From: Ostrea edulis
Taxonomy: Eukaryota
Assembly (NCBI RefSeq): GCF_947568905.1
Contig: NC_079168.1
Location: 68,324,001 to 68,388,000, forward strand
Direction: 5' to 3'
DNA length: 64,000 nt
Shown here: piece by piece, positions 1 through 13,051 of the stretch
Position numbering within the stretch: position 1 is the stretch's first letter
How the letters are laid out: every line of letters begins with the position of its first letter
Program-made: the position numbers and the translations under genes
Notes under the pieces: model-generated
Databases searched by the model: none
What the model was told of the DNA's origin: nothing
Seen by the model: only the letters and a program-made list of their open reading frames with translations

Positions 1-370
1 CTATCCGGCATTTATGGCTAAACTATACTCCAGCTCAAGGCGATCTCCGATCGTGTTTGATCAAGTTTACCCGAACTATTCTCATGGATACTCTACTAGC
101 ACAGGTGTCTTCACAGCTGACAGGAACGGTGTGTACATCTTTCTCGTCAACATTGAGGCCCATAAAATGACAACCGTAACAGCCATTAAAGTGAATGGGC
201 AAGAGAAAACTGAAACGAGGTCGGACGGGCGACACGAATCCTATGACGACACATGCGCCGTGTCAGTTCTACAGTTGAATGAAAATGACAGAGTATCCGT
301 AAAGCTTAAATCTGGAACGGCAGATGAGGGGCAGACGATATTCTTTGGATTTTTGCTACATGAATCATAG
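1..370 (+). CDS. Terminal C1q-domain exon of a third C1qDC paralog (gene C), 5' part outside window
   Basis: Frame is open from base 2 (YPAFMAKL..IVFDQVYPNYSHGYSTSTGVFTADRNGVYIF..TIFFGFLLHES*). It has gC1q motifs and aligns with the third C1q exon of genes A and B. Confidence 0.9.
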   Translation, partial: YPAFMAKLYSSSRRSPIVFDQVYPNYSHGYSTSTGVFTADRNGVYIFLVNIEAHKMTTVTAIKVNGQEKTETRSDGRHESYDDTCAVSVLQLNENDRVSVKLKSGTADEGQTIFFGFLLHES

Positions 371-429
371 TCTTGAGTGTATTTAAGAAGACGATAAATT
401 AAACAACAAATCTTCTTCTTTACTAATAA

Positions 430-1402
430 TCTAGTTTATTTGTCATATTGTACTTATAATTAGATTTCAGATGAAGAACATCTACCGAGGTTGTTATGAA
501 TGCAAATTCATTTAGATATATTGACAATATCTTCGTGGTCTTTGGTGATCAGGTCTTCCAACAGTCTGTTGGAATTCCCATGGGCACGAATTGTGCTCCT
601 TTGTTACTGACCTGTTTATATATTCATATGAAGCAGAATTTATTCAAAAACTTCTACGCGAGAAGAAAAAATATCTCGCCGTGGCCTTCGATTCGACATT
701 TAGATATATCGATGACGTTTTGTCTATAAACAATAATAGCTTTCATTCACATGTCGATTTGATATATCCCTGTGAGCTCGAAATAAAAGACACCATAGAG
801 TCGTCCACTTCTGCTTCATACTTAGATATTTTATTGAAAGTAGACATTAACGGCAAACTGACAACTCAACTGTATGACAAACGGGATGATTTCAGCTTCT
901 CCATCGTCGACTTCCCATATTTATGTAGCAATATTCCATTATCACCTGCATATGGTGTTTATATATCTCAACTGATTCGATATGCAAGAGCTTGTTCTGC
1001 GTGTAGGCAGTTTTTAAATCGAGGTAAGCTACTGACAAACAAGTTGATGGTACAGGGATTTCAACAGTCTCGATTGAAGTCAGCATTTCGCAAATTATAT
1101 GGTCGTTATAACGATCTAGTTCGTCAATACAACCTATCATTGGGTCAAATGCTGTCTGACGTGTTTCATACCGATTGGTAAGCAGTTCTTGGCACACTGG
1201 TTTTGACTGCGGATAGCTCCGTTTGCCTGATCAGGATATAGGGCTCACGGCGGGTGTGGCCGGTCAACAGGGGATGCTTACTCCTCCTGGGCACCTGATC
1301 CCACCTCTGGTGTGTCCAGGGGTCCGTGTTTGCCCAACTATCTATTTTGTATTGCTTGTTGGAGCTATGAGATTGATCACTGTTCGTTATCTTCACCTTG
1401 CA
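430..1402 (+). mobile_element. Naiad-like Penelope retroelement, 3' half of RT plus 3' tail (frameshifted)
   Basis: GIPMGTNCAPLL / RYIDDVL / LYDKRDDF..SNIP..AYGVYISQLIRYARAC motifs split across two frames, followed by the ~220-nt tail that recurs across the window. Confidence 0.85.
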
Positions 1403-1895
1403 TCGACGACGTGTCAATGAATGACGTCATTGATGACACAATCAATTTCTATTCTTTGCGTATGGGGATACACATCGAATACGTTTGAAATTGTGCAGTA
1501 AAATCGAAAAGACCAGAACGAGGCGCCACAAAATGTTTCCTGCAGTGAATGTGTAGTACACATTATCAGTGTTTATGGTATTTTAATAGAAGATTTGGTG
1601 ACCCATATTTTCACATGAAAGTGAATCATAGAAAGCCTTGATATTACAGTTATTGAAAAAAGAACAACAAAGAAATGCCATTACTCCAAAATACACCGAC
1701 TATATCTTCAACAGAATATCGGAACATTTATGCAAATCAAACTTCTACAAGAAATATACCGATTTCATCATCAAACACTTATCAGAATAGTGATGCCTAT
1801 AAAATTCCACAGGAAAAATAGATAGACGGGCTTAATATGTAATACATATTGAGACCCTATTGGTAATTCATGTTCAACCTGATGAGTATTGCCTT

Positions 1896-3548
1896 ATAAA
1901 TCAGCTGTTAGATGTCTACTTTATATAAATCAGCTGTTAGGTGTCTACTTTATATAAATCAGCTGCTAGATGTCTACTTTATATAAATCAGCTGCTAGAT
2001 GTCTACTTTATATAAATCAGCTGTTAGATATCTACTTTATATAAATCAGCTGTTAGATGTCTACTTTATATAAATCAGCTGTTAGGTGTCTACTTTATAT
2101 AAATCAGCTGTTAGGTGTCTACTTTATATAAATCAGCTGTTAGATGTCTACTTTATATAAATCAGCTGCTAGATGTCTACTTTATATAAATCAGCTGCTA
2201 GATGTCTACTTTATATAAATCAGCTGTTAGATATCTACTTTATATAAATCAGCTGCTAGATGTCTACTTTATATAAATCAGCTGCTAGATGTCTACTTTA
2301 TATAAATCAGCTGTTAGATGTCTACTTTATATAAATCAGCTGTTAGATGTCTACTTTATATAAATCAGCTGTTAGATGTCTACTTTATATAAATCAGCTG
2401 TTAGATATCTACTTTATATAAATCAGCTGTTAGATGTCTACTTTATATAAATCAGCTGTTAGGTGTCTACTTTATATAAATCAGCTGTTAGGTGTCTACT
2501 TTATATAAATCAGCTGTTAGATGTCTACTTTATATAAATCAGCTGCTAGATGTCTACTTTATATAAATCAGCTGCTAGATGTCTACTTTATATAAATCAG
2601 CTGCTAGATATCTACTTTATATAAATCAGCTGCTAGATGTCTACTTTATATAAATCAGCTGCTAGATGTCTACTTTATATAAATCAGCTGTTAGATATCT
2701 ACTTTATATAAATCAGCTGTTAGATGTCTACTTTATATAAATCAGCTGTTAGATGTCTACTTTATATAAATCAGCTGTTAGATGTCTACTTTATATAAAT
2801 CAGCTGTTAGGTGTCTACTTTATATAAATCAGCTGTTAGATGTCTACTTTATATAAATCAGCTGTTAGATGTCTACTTTATATAAATCAGCTGTTAGATG
2901 TCTACTTTATATAAATCAGCTGTTAGATGTCTACTTTATATAAATCAGCTGTTAGATGTCTACTTTATATAAATCAGCTGTTAGGTGTCTACTTTATATA
3001 AATCAGCTGTTAGATGTCTACTTTATATAAATCAGCTGTTAGATGTCTACTTTATATAAATCAGCTGTTAGATGTCTACTTTATATAAATCAGCTGTTAG
3101 ATGTCTACTTTATATAAATCAGCTGTTAGATGTCTACTTTATATAAATCAGCTGTTAGATGTCTACTTTATATAAATCAGCTGTTAGGTGTCTACTTTAT
3201 ATAAATCAGCTGTTAGATGTCTACTTTATATAAATCAGCTGTTAGATATGTCCTTTATATAAATCAGCTGTTAGGTGTCTTCTTTATATAAATCAGCTGT
3301 TAGATGTCTACTTTATATAAATCAGCTGTTAGATGTCTACTTTATATAAATCAGCTGTTAGATGTCTACTTTATATAAATCAGCTGCTAGATGTCTACTT
3401 TATATAAATCAGCTGCTAGATGTCTACTTTATATAAATCAGCTGTTAGATATCTACTTTATATAAATCAGCTGTTAGATGTCTACTTTATATAAATCAGC
3501 TGTTAGATGTCTACTTTATATAAATCAGCTGTTAAATGTCTACTTTAT
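1896..3548. repeat. 29-bp tandem minisatellite, about 57 units
   Basis: Unit ataaatcagctgttagatgtctactttat. The period of 29 is read from successive ataaatc starts at 1896 and 1925. Confidence 0.97.
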
Positions 3549-3782
3549 AACTGTTCCGCGATCTTTCTTACTGATTTTGCACTTCTTGTTTTGCTAATGA
3601 AAAAATAACTGATAATTTCATTTTATTAGATTAAAATTTATTAAAAAAATATCTTGCAAACAAATTCATTTATAAATGAGGGGAAACATTTTACATTTGA
3701 ACAAAGAGTAGCAGTGGACAGTCTTGCACTATAGGCAACTTTCTTTAAAAATGTAAATCCTCCTTATTTGAAGTGATATTAC

Positions 3783-4335
3783 ATATGAAAGTAGACATTA
3801 ACGGCAAACTGACAACTCAACTGTATGACAAACGGGATGATTTCATCTTCTCCATCGTCAACTTCCCATATTTATGTAGCAATATTCCATTATCACCTAC
3901 ATATGGTGTTTATACCTCTCAACTGATTCGATACGCAAGAGCTTGTTCTGCGTATAGTCAGTTTTTAAATCGAGGTAAGCTACTGACAAACAAAGTTGAT
4001 GGTACAGGGATTTCAACAGTCTCGATTGAAGTCAGTATTTCGCAAATTCTATGGTCGTTATAACCATCTAGTTCGTCAATGCAGCCTCGCATTGGGTCAA
4101 ATACTGTCTGACATGTTTCATACCGAGTGTTAAGCCGTTCTTGGCATACTGATTTTGACTACCGATAACCCCGTTTACCTGATTAGGATATAGGGCTCAC
4201 GTCGGGTGTGACCGGTCGACTGGGTATGCTTACTGCTCCTAGGCACCTGATCCTACCTCTGGTGTGTCCAGAGGCCCGTGTTTGCCTAACTATCTATTTT
4301 GTATTGTTCGTAGGAGTTATGAAATTGATCACTGT
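3783..4335 (+). mobile_element. Naiad-like PLE 3' fragment
   Basis: KVDINGKLTTQLYDKRDDF..YARACS reading, followed by the same 3' tail. Confidence 0.85.
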
Positions 4336-6771
4336 TCGTTATCTTCACCTTTCATATGTAATAATGTGTACAATAATTTTAGGATACATATTTTGTGTAA
4401 GTTGATATGCAACATGTAGGTGTCACCATTATTCCAAGGATAGATGGGTGCAAATACGAAACTAAGACATGTGGTCAGTTGCTGAAGAAATTCTGGTGAA
4501 AACATGCATGGTCCAGCAAAAGGTATGTAGCTGAGAGGGAAGGTGGATGACCTCATATGAAAGGCAGATTTTTAAGACGGACAGACAACCCCGGTTATTG
4601 ATTGTGCACAGTGTCTAAATCCCCTCGTACGGTACTGTGATGGTGTGGGGGTGGTGTGGATTGGCCCAAATGAGAGAAAATCAAAGCGAGATAGTGGCAC
4701 CTGCTCAGAGAATGTTTTGTGCACCAGCAGCATTATTTATAGATTACATGGAATTTATAGTCATAATTTATTAAATACACCAATATGACATACAAGCATT
4801 GACATAAAAGGAAAATATGATTTTTCATTAGTCTGTCATAATCTGACTTTAATGTATACCCCCAACCGACATGTTTCAGAGCCCCCCCCCCCCCAAAAAA
4901 AACCCAAACCAAACCCAAAAAAATCCTGTCCCCTGCCACCAAAACCCAATCGTCTGTATTCCGAGAGCGATACACATCTAGACATGGCCATACACAGACA
5001 AGTCGAACCTCTTCCAGCTAGAGAGCGGTTCTTCCACAAATCAGAATTTAGTATTAACAGCCTAATCTAATGTTCGCTCGGCAATATGCGATATCCTCAT
5101 TGACGACATATAAGATTAAGCATAGACCCTGCCAATTCTCCTTTTTGTCAGCAAAACATGTATGATTCCGAATAAGAAGGTGTTATAACAATTCTTCCTT
5201 TATGCAATAATCGAGTACTGACATGGTATAGTCGCCTCGGCCAATCAAAAGCGACACGCGTTACAAATTGACCTGGTGCGTAGTTGTATAGGGAAACAGT
5301 GTGCTGTATATTTCTGACCGGTTGTAGAATAGAAATAAACTCCTTGTCTTTGTTGATAGAGTAAGATGGTCTCCAATGTTGTTTGAAGTGTAAAAGCGTT
5401 GACCAACGCCGCGGTCTTTATGTTTCAAAATAGCATTTCTTGACCTCCGAGTTTATCCTGCACGATACACGAAAACCAGGCTTTTATTTTCTAATTACGG
5501 GATCAGTAATCACTTGCAGTTTTACTTGTGAAGGAAATTTCTTGATTTCTGACATCGATGGTTTCTTGACATACACTTAACTGATAAACAATTGCCAATG
5601 AATTCAGACTCTCTATAATGGAGGAATATGAATGGATCATTGACGATACAAGAAAACATTGACGCAAGTGCCAAATTGGTCGCAAAAGGCCGATCCATAC
5701 ACTTTTATAAGAGTAAAAACTTGTTTACAAATTCTAAAAATCTCGAAAAAAAGTTGTTAATAATATAAACATCTTACATTCATTATCATTTGATTGTAAA
5801 TTAACCCAGTACTCATTTCTGCCTTTGATTCAAACGCTAATCAAGATAAAGCACACAAAACAAAGGAGACATCTTTGAATCTACGTACTGGTATAACTAA
5901 ATTGACCTAGTTCCCTGTCTGTTGTGCCATGTGCGTTTATCAGGCGCAGTGTTGTGGATTGTGTACAAAAATATATTAACATTTTAATACACGATGAATA
6001 TCTATTCAATATTACTGAGCTTTACCGATAATTCAATTTGAACGTTAGTAAGATGAAACAGAAATTGCTTTTACATCAAAAATAACTTGTTGGCCAATCC
6101 CGCAGAAAACATTTCCATCCCACGAAAACTCAGCGTCAATCTTTAGATGTATATCAAATAACGGCTAGCCCCTTGGCGGCCCGTAAAAGAATGACCGTTG
6201 GTTGTGAAGTGTAGCGGACGATATGGATAGTTTTCTTCATTGATAACATTTCTAATTGAATTAAGTTTTTCAGCTTCAAAATGGTTTTACTTAAGCAACA
6301 TTAACAAGGTGATTGTTCTACTAACAGTTTTAAATGTGCAATCCATCACAAATTTAAAGTGTCCCGGAAGTCCTGGGTACAAAAATGGTAAATTGGTTCA
6401 GAAATACCTTTGAAAAAATAAGAATATAAAATCATGATCGTGCGTGCATTCAATAGTGAGATATTTCCCCTCAAAGTAAACTATTTTCGCACATGCCCGA
6501 AATCATTTAACTTTCGGTTTTACTATATGTAGCCAAAATGACGTATGACGTCACAACACATCAGTTTCGAACAGGCAATTATGTCGAATGCGAGCGACAC
6601 CTCCGCTTCTCTGGACGATATCGACCTCCACATGTCGTTTGAAGTGATTATCCAACCGAGGACGAACAGGACATCGTCCTTTACCAATTTGAGCTTGCTG
6701 CTACGGATTCTTCTAACGATTCAGATGAGTCAAATGGACAGGACTCTGAATCTGAACAATATCGCCCCGGA

Positions 6772-6965
6772 AACACACCAGAGGTGGGATCAGGTGCCTA
6801 GGAGGAGTAAGCATCCCCTGTTGACCGGTCACACCTACCGTGAGCCCTATATCCTGATCAGGTAAACGGAGTTATCCGCAGTCAAAATCAGTGTGCCAAG
6901 AACAGCTTAACAATCGGTATGAAACACGTCAGACAGCATTTGACCCAATGCGAGGTTGTATTGAA
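6772..6965 (-). mobile_element. Naiad-like PLE 3' tail fragment
   Basis: Reverse complement of the tail (cagaggtgggatcaggtgcctaggaggagtaagcatcccc...). Confidence 0.8.
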
Positions 6966-7499
6966 TGCTAGGAACTAGCGAAATAGTTGAGAAAATCAAC
7001 ACATGAAATAATCCACCCACTACATGTAGCTGCGTGACGTTGAAAAAACAGGAATCATTTGAAAACACAGACAATTCAGTTTATTACACCTATACCTTTA
7101 TCATTATATAAAAGTAAATCAATATATTTTGCTGATTCCATACCCAGCAACTGTTTAATTGCATCACGAGTTAATTGTTCCCCATATACTTAGAACGTCA
7201 TTAAGTACAGCAATCCTGGCGAGTAGGTCCCGGTTTTGAAACGTTGTATAAGTTTTTTTTCTGGTTTGAATGTTTGTATCTGTATAATAAAACGGTTAAA
7301 GTATATCATTGAAAGGGTCAGCAAAACTCCATTTCATCGATAGCAAGGCTTGCTTTAGGGAAATGAAATCTTGTTGACTATCGATGACATACTTTAACTG
7401 TAATATTCATCATGTTGAGGGTTTTAAACTTGTATTCTTCAACACCAGACAACAACCTGGAAATTATGGATTCTCTGTAAACCACAGCGGGGTAGTAGA

Positions 7500-8190
7500 T
7501 GATAATCATTCCGAATCATGATTTCAGTTTCTTAAACTTGAATTTGATAACAAAGGAATTGACGATATCGACATAAACAACATTCTTCGTCATAAAATGT
7601 TCATTCTTTTATTCCAGCATATTTCAAATTCAAGTCTCCCTCTTTATGTCCTACAGATATACTTCTACTATTTGCATATAAACAAACAGCTTAGAAATAA
7701 ACTTTACAGTGCCTAGAAAGAGACCATCTTATATATAGCTCTGACATCTACGTGTTCTTTTTCTTCTTTCAACTATAAGTCCATCTGGAAAAATCATTAC
7801 TGGTGATGTCGATATAATTAAAAATGGGGACCTGAAATCACGTTTTTTTTAAAAAGGTCCTAAATTCAGAAAAGCGTGGTCTTTCAATTGGGGATAGAAC
7901 TTAATTTCTACTATGAAGTTTGTCGAAGATTATTCCAGACGTTGGGATAACTATGAAGAACTTGATACCTTGTAAGAATAGATAAAAAGTATAAGAGAAA
8001 TATTAAAATCACGTATTAGACTGTTGAAAACAAAAGTGTGTACCATCTATTCCTCTGTATTTACTCAACCAAAAGTAATAAAATAATTAGATGAGGAATA
8101 TTATTTTGGTTTCAGCTGCCAAAGCTTTTAACAACATTGTCTTTGTAAGGCTCATTATTACAACTGTATTATAAACGAACTGTAGCATTA
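7500..8190 (+). mobile_element. Degenerate Naiad-like PLE, linker and RT N-terminal region
   Basis: Broken readings resembling NKGID, ITGDVDII, KGPKFR and NNIVFV. It parallels the minus-strand copy at 9690-10460. Confidence 0.65.
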
Positions 8191-8223
8191 ATCTCCATTT
8201 GATTGAAAGATTCTCGAGAAGGA

Positions 8224-8484
8224 CGACTGTTAGTTCCCGAGGGTCTCTACAGCCCAGTAGCTAAGTACTTCGTTACTAGCTTGAAAATACGGATGTATAT
8301 TTAATTGCTGTTATAAAATTTAGAAATTCATTTCAAAATTAAGGATTATCTCCCTCATGCATAGCTCTTATCCTTAGACGAATTTGACTCCACTTTTTTT
8401 GGCACACTGTTTTTGGCTATAATAGCTCTAAAACTTCATTGTTATTTCGGATTTCAAACATTTCGTATGAGCATCACTGAAGTT
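8224..8484 (+). mobile_element. Retrozyme-like short repeat whose hammerhead core is deleted
   Basis: Shares cgaattt(g/a)actccac..ggcacactg..aaaacttcattgttatttcggatttcaaacatttc..gagcatcactgaag with the hammerhead-bearing copies, then jumps from ctgaag directly to ttttaca. Confidence 0.7.
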
Positions 8485-8649
8485 TTACATTATGGCCCAA
8501 CTTACGGCTAAATTCACAACAGACGTTTGACCAGTTGTTAACTAGAGGATAGTAAATATAACCAATGATCAAATTTTACCAAGGTTTTGATCAACCCAGT
8601 CCGAGTGGACAATCTAGATTGATTGAAACATGTTTGATGTTATACATTG

Positions 8650-9302
8650 TCGATTTCAGCTTCTCTATCGTCAACTTCCCAATTTTTGAAGCAATATTCC
8701 ATTATCACCTGTATATCGTGTTCATGTATCTTAACTGATTCAATACACTAGAGCATGCTCTGCGTTTGAACAATTTGTAAATCGAGGCAGGCTACTGACA
8801 AATACGTTAATGTTACTGGGGTTTCAACAGTCTCGTTTAAAGTAAGCATTTCGCAAATTCTATGGTCGTTAAAATGATCGTATTTGCAAATATTACTTGC
8901 TAGACCGTTCTTAACATGCTGATTTTTACTACAGATTACGCCGTTTATCTGATCATGAGAAAAGGTTCATGGCTGGTGTGACCGGTTAACATGGGATTTT
9001 TATTCCTCTTAGGCACTTGACCCCACGTCTAGTATGTCCAGGGATCTGTGTTTGCCCAACTCATACTTTTATACTAGAAAACTGACAAGATCAGCAAGGT
9101 CTGAGGGCTATCAAAGAACATCTGTATTAGATTTGACTACGGATAACTCCATCTACCTGATCAAGATATAGGGTCACGGCGGGTGTCTGGTCGACAAGGG
9201 ATGCTTACCCTTCCTAGGCACCTGATTCACACCTCTGGCATATCCAGGGGTCCGTCCAAATATCTATTTTGATTGGTTGATTGTATCTTGCTTAACGTCT
9301 CG

Positions 9303-9337
<35 letters not shown>

Positions 9338-9670
9338 AGACCGGCGAAGGGCTTCAAATTTAGGCCTATACTCGGTGCTTACGGCCATTGAGCAGTGATG
9401 GTTCTTTACAGTGCCACACCTACTGTGACACGGGTCATCCGTTTTTAAGGTCATATCTGAGGACCCGTGACATTCACACCTTATGTCGAGCGTTTGGCGA
9501 TGGAACTGTCACTACCTGTTTTAACAGACTTAGGTCTGTCGCAGCCGGAATTCGAACCCCGGCCTACGGCATGTGGGGCGAACGCTCTAACCTCTCGGCC
9601 ACCGCGGCGGTCTCTATTTTGTATTGCTTATATGAGATTGAACACTGTTCGTTATCTTCATCTTTCATAT
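8650..9670 (+). mobile_element. Two degenerate Naiad-like RT-end/tail copies, the second interrupted by a SINE
   Basis: Tail motifs at 8960-9065 and at 9150-9270 resuming at 9613-9668. Confidence 0.7.
9272..9612 (-). mobile_element. tRNA-derived SINE (central domain resembles Meta/RUDI type)
   Basis: Minus-strand head ccgcggtggccgagaggttagagcg..ggttcgaattcc (A and B boxes), caat-repeat tail, and 9-bp TSD tctattttg at 9263-9271 and 9613-9621. Family name is from recollection. Confidence 0.85.
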
Positions 9671-9689
9671 AATTCTTGTTATCACTTCT

Positions 9690-10460
9690 GGTTTACTAAA
9701 CACAGAAGGTTATATGATCCGTAATTTTATTTGGTGTGTCAAATGCGGTATTTAATATTCTTCACATACTTTTTAATCCATTCTGACAATGTATCAAGCT
9801 CTTCTTTTTCATATTTAGCCCATCGTCTAGGATACTCTTCGATAGAATTCATAATGGAGATAAAGTTCTGTCGCCAATTGAAAAACCAAGGTTCTCTGTA
9901 TTTGGGACCTATTAAAATGTGATTTGAGGTCCTCAATTTAAACAATATCAATATCACCAGTAATGGGATGTCCAGTTGGACTGAAGTTGAAAGAACACGA
10001 TGAACAAGAACATGTAGATGGATTAAGTATAAGATTGTGTATATCTAGGCACTGCAAACGTTGTTTAGAATTAGAAAGTTTGGATGCAATAGTAGAAGTA
10101 TATTTTTTAGGAAATACAGGGTTTAGACTTGAACTTGAAATACATGTATGTTGGAATACAAGACTGAACTTTTTGGGATGAAGAATGTTGCTTATGTTGA
10201 CGGTATATATTCTTTGTAAGCTTAAGGAACTGGTAACATGGTTCAGAGGGAATATCATCCATGCCCCGTGGTGGTTTAAAGAGCTTGTAATTTGCAATAT
10301 CCAATAATCATAGAGTTCAGTCTATATTCTTGTGTTGAAAAACCCAAGTATATACTAGCGCTGGCTTCATCAAATAACGTATTTAAAATTCTCAATGGAA
10401 CAGAGTAAAGTTTTGTGCGAATATGATGTGCATCTAATTGTCTATTGACGTAAGGCAAAA
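9690..10460 (-). mobile_element. Naiad-like PLE fragment with the CxC linker
   Basis: NISNILH..YTSTIASKLSN..TCSCSSCSFNFSPTGHPITGDIDIV, then GPKYREPW..LSEWIK. The CxC linker between an N-terminal endonuclease and RT is characteristic of Naiad/Chlamys PLEs. Confidence 0.75.
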
Positions 10461-10777
10461 GTGAACCAAGCGTGACATGTATACTTGGTATCTATATGAA
10501 TAATGTCCATGACTGCGTTTTCGTCTTTGAGTATTTGGAAAGAGACTCATCACATTCACGTTATTTCTTTATGGACTAGTCAAATTTCCTACATAATATA
10601 CATTATCATTGCATCCATATGGAAATGCAGTATCTAGAGTCTTGATCCAATGATATCATTTTCTACGGAAAGTGGTATTTAATGTTGGACTATTTGTATG
10701 ATGGTAATTTCTTTCTCTAAAATCCTGACTCTCATGGAGAAGATGGAGTTGTCTAGGGGGAATTAGATTGATCAGAA

Positions 10778-11127
10778 TATAATAATGATAATAATAATTG
10801 GTTTTATATAGCGCTTCCAGCGTATACTGCTCAAAGCGCTTTACAATGCATTATTACCCCGGCAGACCTTATATCAATCTAGAACTTTCTCAGCCTCCTA
10901 GGAAGCATACAATGTAAGTTCTCATTACAAGCACTAGAGTACTAACCTTCTAACAATATTTTTCACTGTCTAAATCCAGATACCTCTTTTACATTTGGGT
11001 GGAGTGAGGACATTCATGTAAAGTGCCTTTCCCAAGGACACAACGTCGGCCCTGGCGCGGCCAGGACTCGAACCCACAACTTTTCGGTCGAGAGGGTGAC
11101 GGCCTAACCACTAGGCCACCGACGCCA
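10778..11127 (-). mobile_element. tRNA-derived SINE with Deu/Nin- or CORE-like centre and L2-like tail
   Basis: Minus-strand head ggtggcctagtggttagg..gggttcgagtcc, central aagtgcctttcccaaggacacaac, and 3' gtaaagcgctttgag..cgctatataaa followed by (tat)n. Confidence 0.8.
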
Positions 11128-11329
11128 CTATATATATCCTATAGTAGAGTTGAAGGTCACAGCAAGATTTTTTTTTCATGTAGAAACTTTTGTTTGAATA
11201 AACTCTACTTCATAGAAATATGAAAACAGATCAGCTAACAAAGGAGCAAAATTCGTGCCCATGGGAATTCTAACAGATTGTTGGAAGACCTCATCACCGA
11301 AGACATTGTCAGTGAGAAACTTCAACATA

Positions 11330-11877
11330 ATATTCAGTTCAACTTAACAGTACTTTGTCTGGAGTCAGAGTGAGTGGTGTGTAACAAAGTAATTTTTTTG
11401 GATAATTGATGACTAGATACGAATATTTTCTTTTTCCATTTTCGTTGAAGAAGCAACTGTATATGATGTCAATAAGTATAGTCTTTAATTTATCGCGAAG
11501 AATGGTCGTGTAAAGTGTTGGAAAGTCATACGTTTTGATTTTCTGAATTTGAGAAAAGGTTTGCGATTTCAAATTTACTAAAAATTCTTTAGAATCTTTT
11601 ACAATCCACATTTGATTTACACCACTTTTGGCATATGTTATGGCACAGAACGTTTGAAGTTTCTCCTTCACAGCTTTTATATTTTGGTAAGGAGCACATA
11701 TATGGAAATATAAGGGCGTAGTACAATATTTACTCGATGTAATGTATCCAGCAATGTATTTTTGTAAGGGTTTTTGTGAAGTTTGGGCATCCAGTTTAGG
11801 TACGGTAACTCATATTCATCCATCCCATTGACTGGGATATTAAATGTGTCTAAAACTGAAGCATAAATTTGAAGAAT
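11330..11877 (-). mobile_element. Naiad-like RT N-terminal fragment, inverted against an adjacent plus-strand tail
   Basis: LPYLNWMPKLHKNPYK and SGVNQMWIVKDSKE..IKTYDFPTLYTT motifs. Confidence 0.8.
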
Positions 11878-12650
11878 TTGGCACACTGATTTTGACTACG
11901 GAAAACTCCGTTTACCTGATCAAGATACACGTATAGGGCTCACGGCGGGTGTGACCGGTCGACAGGGGGTGCTTACTCCTCCCAAGCACCTGATCCCATC
12001 TCTGGTTTGTCTAGGGTTCCGTGTTTGCCCAACTCTCTATTTTGTATTGCTTGTAGTAGTTGTGAGATTGATCAGTTTTCGTTATCTTCGCCTTTCAGGT
12101 AGATTATCAGCATAAAGTTCCCAACTAGGAAGAGTTGGTTTTAATATGTCCAATATCATATTAGGTGAATTTCCATTGTCTTTTAATAACAAAGTTATTA
12201 ATTTTATAATCCTATATGTCAAACAATACATATTTACTTGTTTAATGCAGAATAAAGAACCAAACTTTGTTGGATTATTATGTCATCTAAGGTTTAAATA
12301 CCATGCGGAAAAATATGCTGTAATCCAAAAGTTTAAAATGTACAGCTTTGATAAAATGTGGACTAGATGGAAGTTTAATCTAGCTTTTGTAAATTCTTTC
12401 TTTTATTTTACCCAAGATAGGGCTAACAATAATAATATAAATACAATCCGTGATTGAGGAACATTACCTGATCAGAATATGGGGCTCACGGCAGGTGTGA
12501 CCGGTCAACAGGGGATGCTTACTCCTCCTAGGCACCTGATCCCACCTCTGGTGTGTCCAGGGGTCCGTGTTTGCCCAACTATCTATTTTGTATTGCTTGT
12601 AGGAGTTATGAGATTGATCACTGTTCGTTATCTTCACTTTGCATTGAACA
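11878..12650 (+). mobile_element. Two Naiad-like 3' tails (11878-12097 and 12465-12650) flanking a LINE fragment
   Basis: Both match the recurrent tail. Confidence 0.8.
12098..12455 (+). mobile_element. 3' end of an L1/Tx1-like LINE ORF2
   Basis: NIILG..NKVINFIILYVKQYIFTC..KYHAEKYA..FDKMWTRW resembles the Tx1/L1 C-terminus, and it ends in an aat-rich tail. Confidence 0.6.
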
Positions 12651-13051
12651 AAGAAAAAGCGTTGGACTCACAAACACGTTACAATCTCATTTCTGGGGGA
12701 AAATATTGTGCCTCGTGTTTTGATTTACTAGGAAATATACAATCTGAGAATATTACCACGGCATTTATTTTGCAATCGTCGGTGCTTCAAAACAAGCCCC
12801 ATTTTTTTGTTCTATTTTATTTTAGACTTCGACCATTAGTTCTTCGTACCTAGGTAATTTATTATAACTTCAGCTGCGATCTCTATCACGAAAATTAATA
12901 ATCTGATTTACCCCCCCCCCCTTTTCCCTCCTATAAATTCTAAAAAATGGGAGAGATTATTTCTCTAATAAATGAATATATAAGTGCGTGAAAACAAAAA
13001 ACTGTCAATTTACAACTTTATTAAGATTAATTGATAATGAAGAAGTTCAGG

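Noticed and set aside
591-1181. Selenoprotein-type Naiad (reported in some clams)
   Set aside because: There are no in-frame TGA codons in the RT readings and no SECIS-like motif in the tail.
1880-1900. CTGATGA just before the 29-bp array
   Set aside because: There is no stem II or GAAA partner.
1896-3548. CRISPR-like array
   Set aside because: The units are head-to-tail with no unique spacers, and the context is eukaryotic.
4440-4660. Cys-containing broken reading (CAQCLNPLVRYCDG), possibly a CxC-type transposon remnant
   Set aside because: Too short and interrupted to support a call.
5140-6770. Possible Crypton-like non-autonomous ends and an acidic ORF start
   Set aside because: No recombinase motifs or definable termini were seen.
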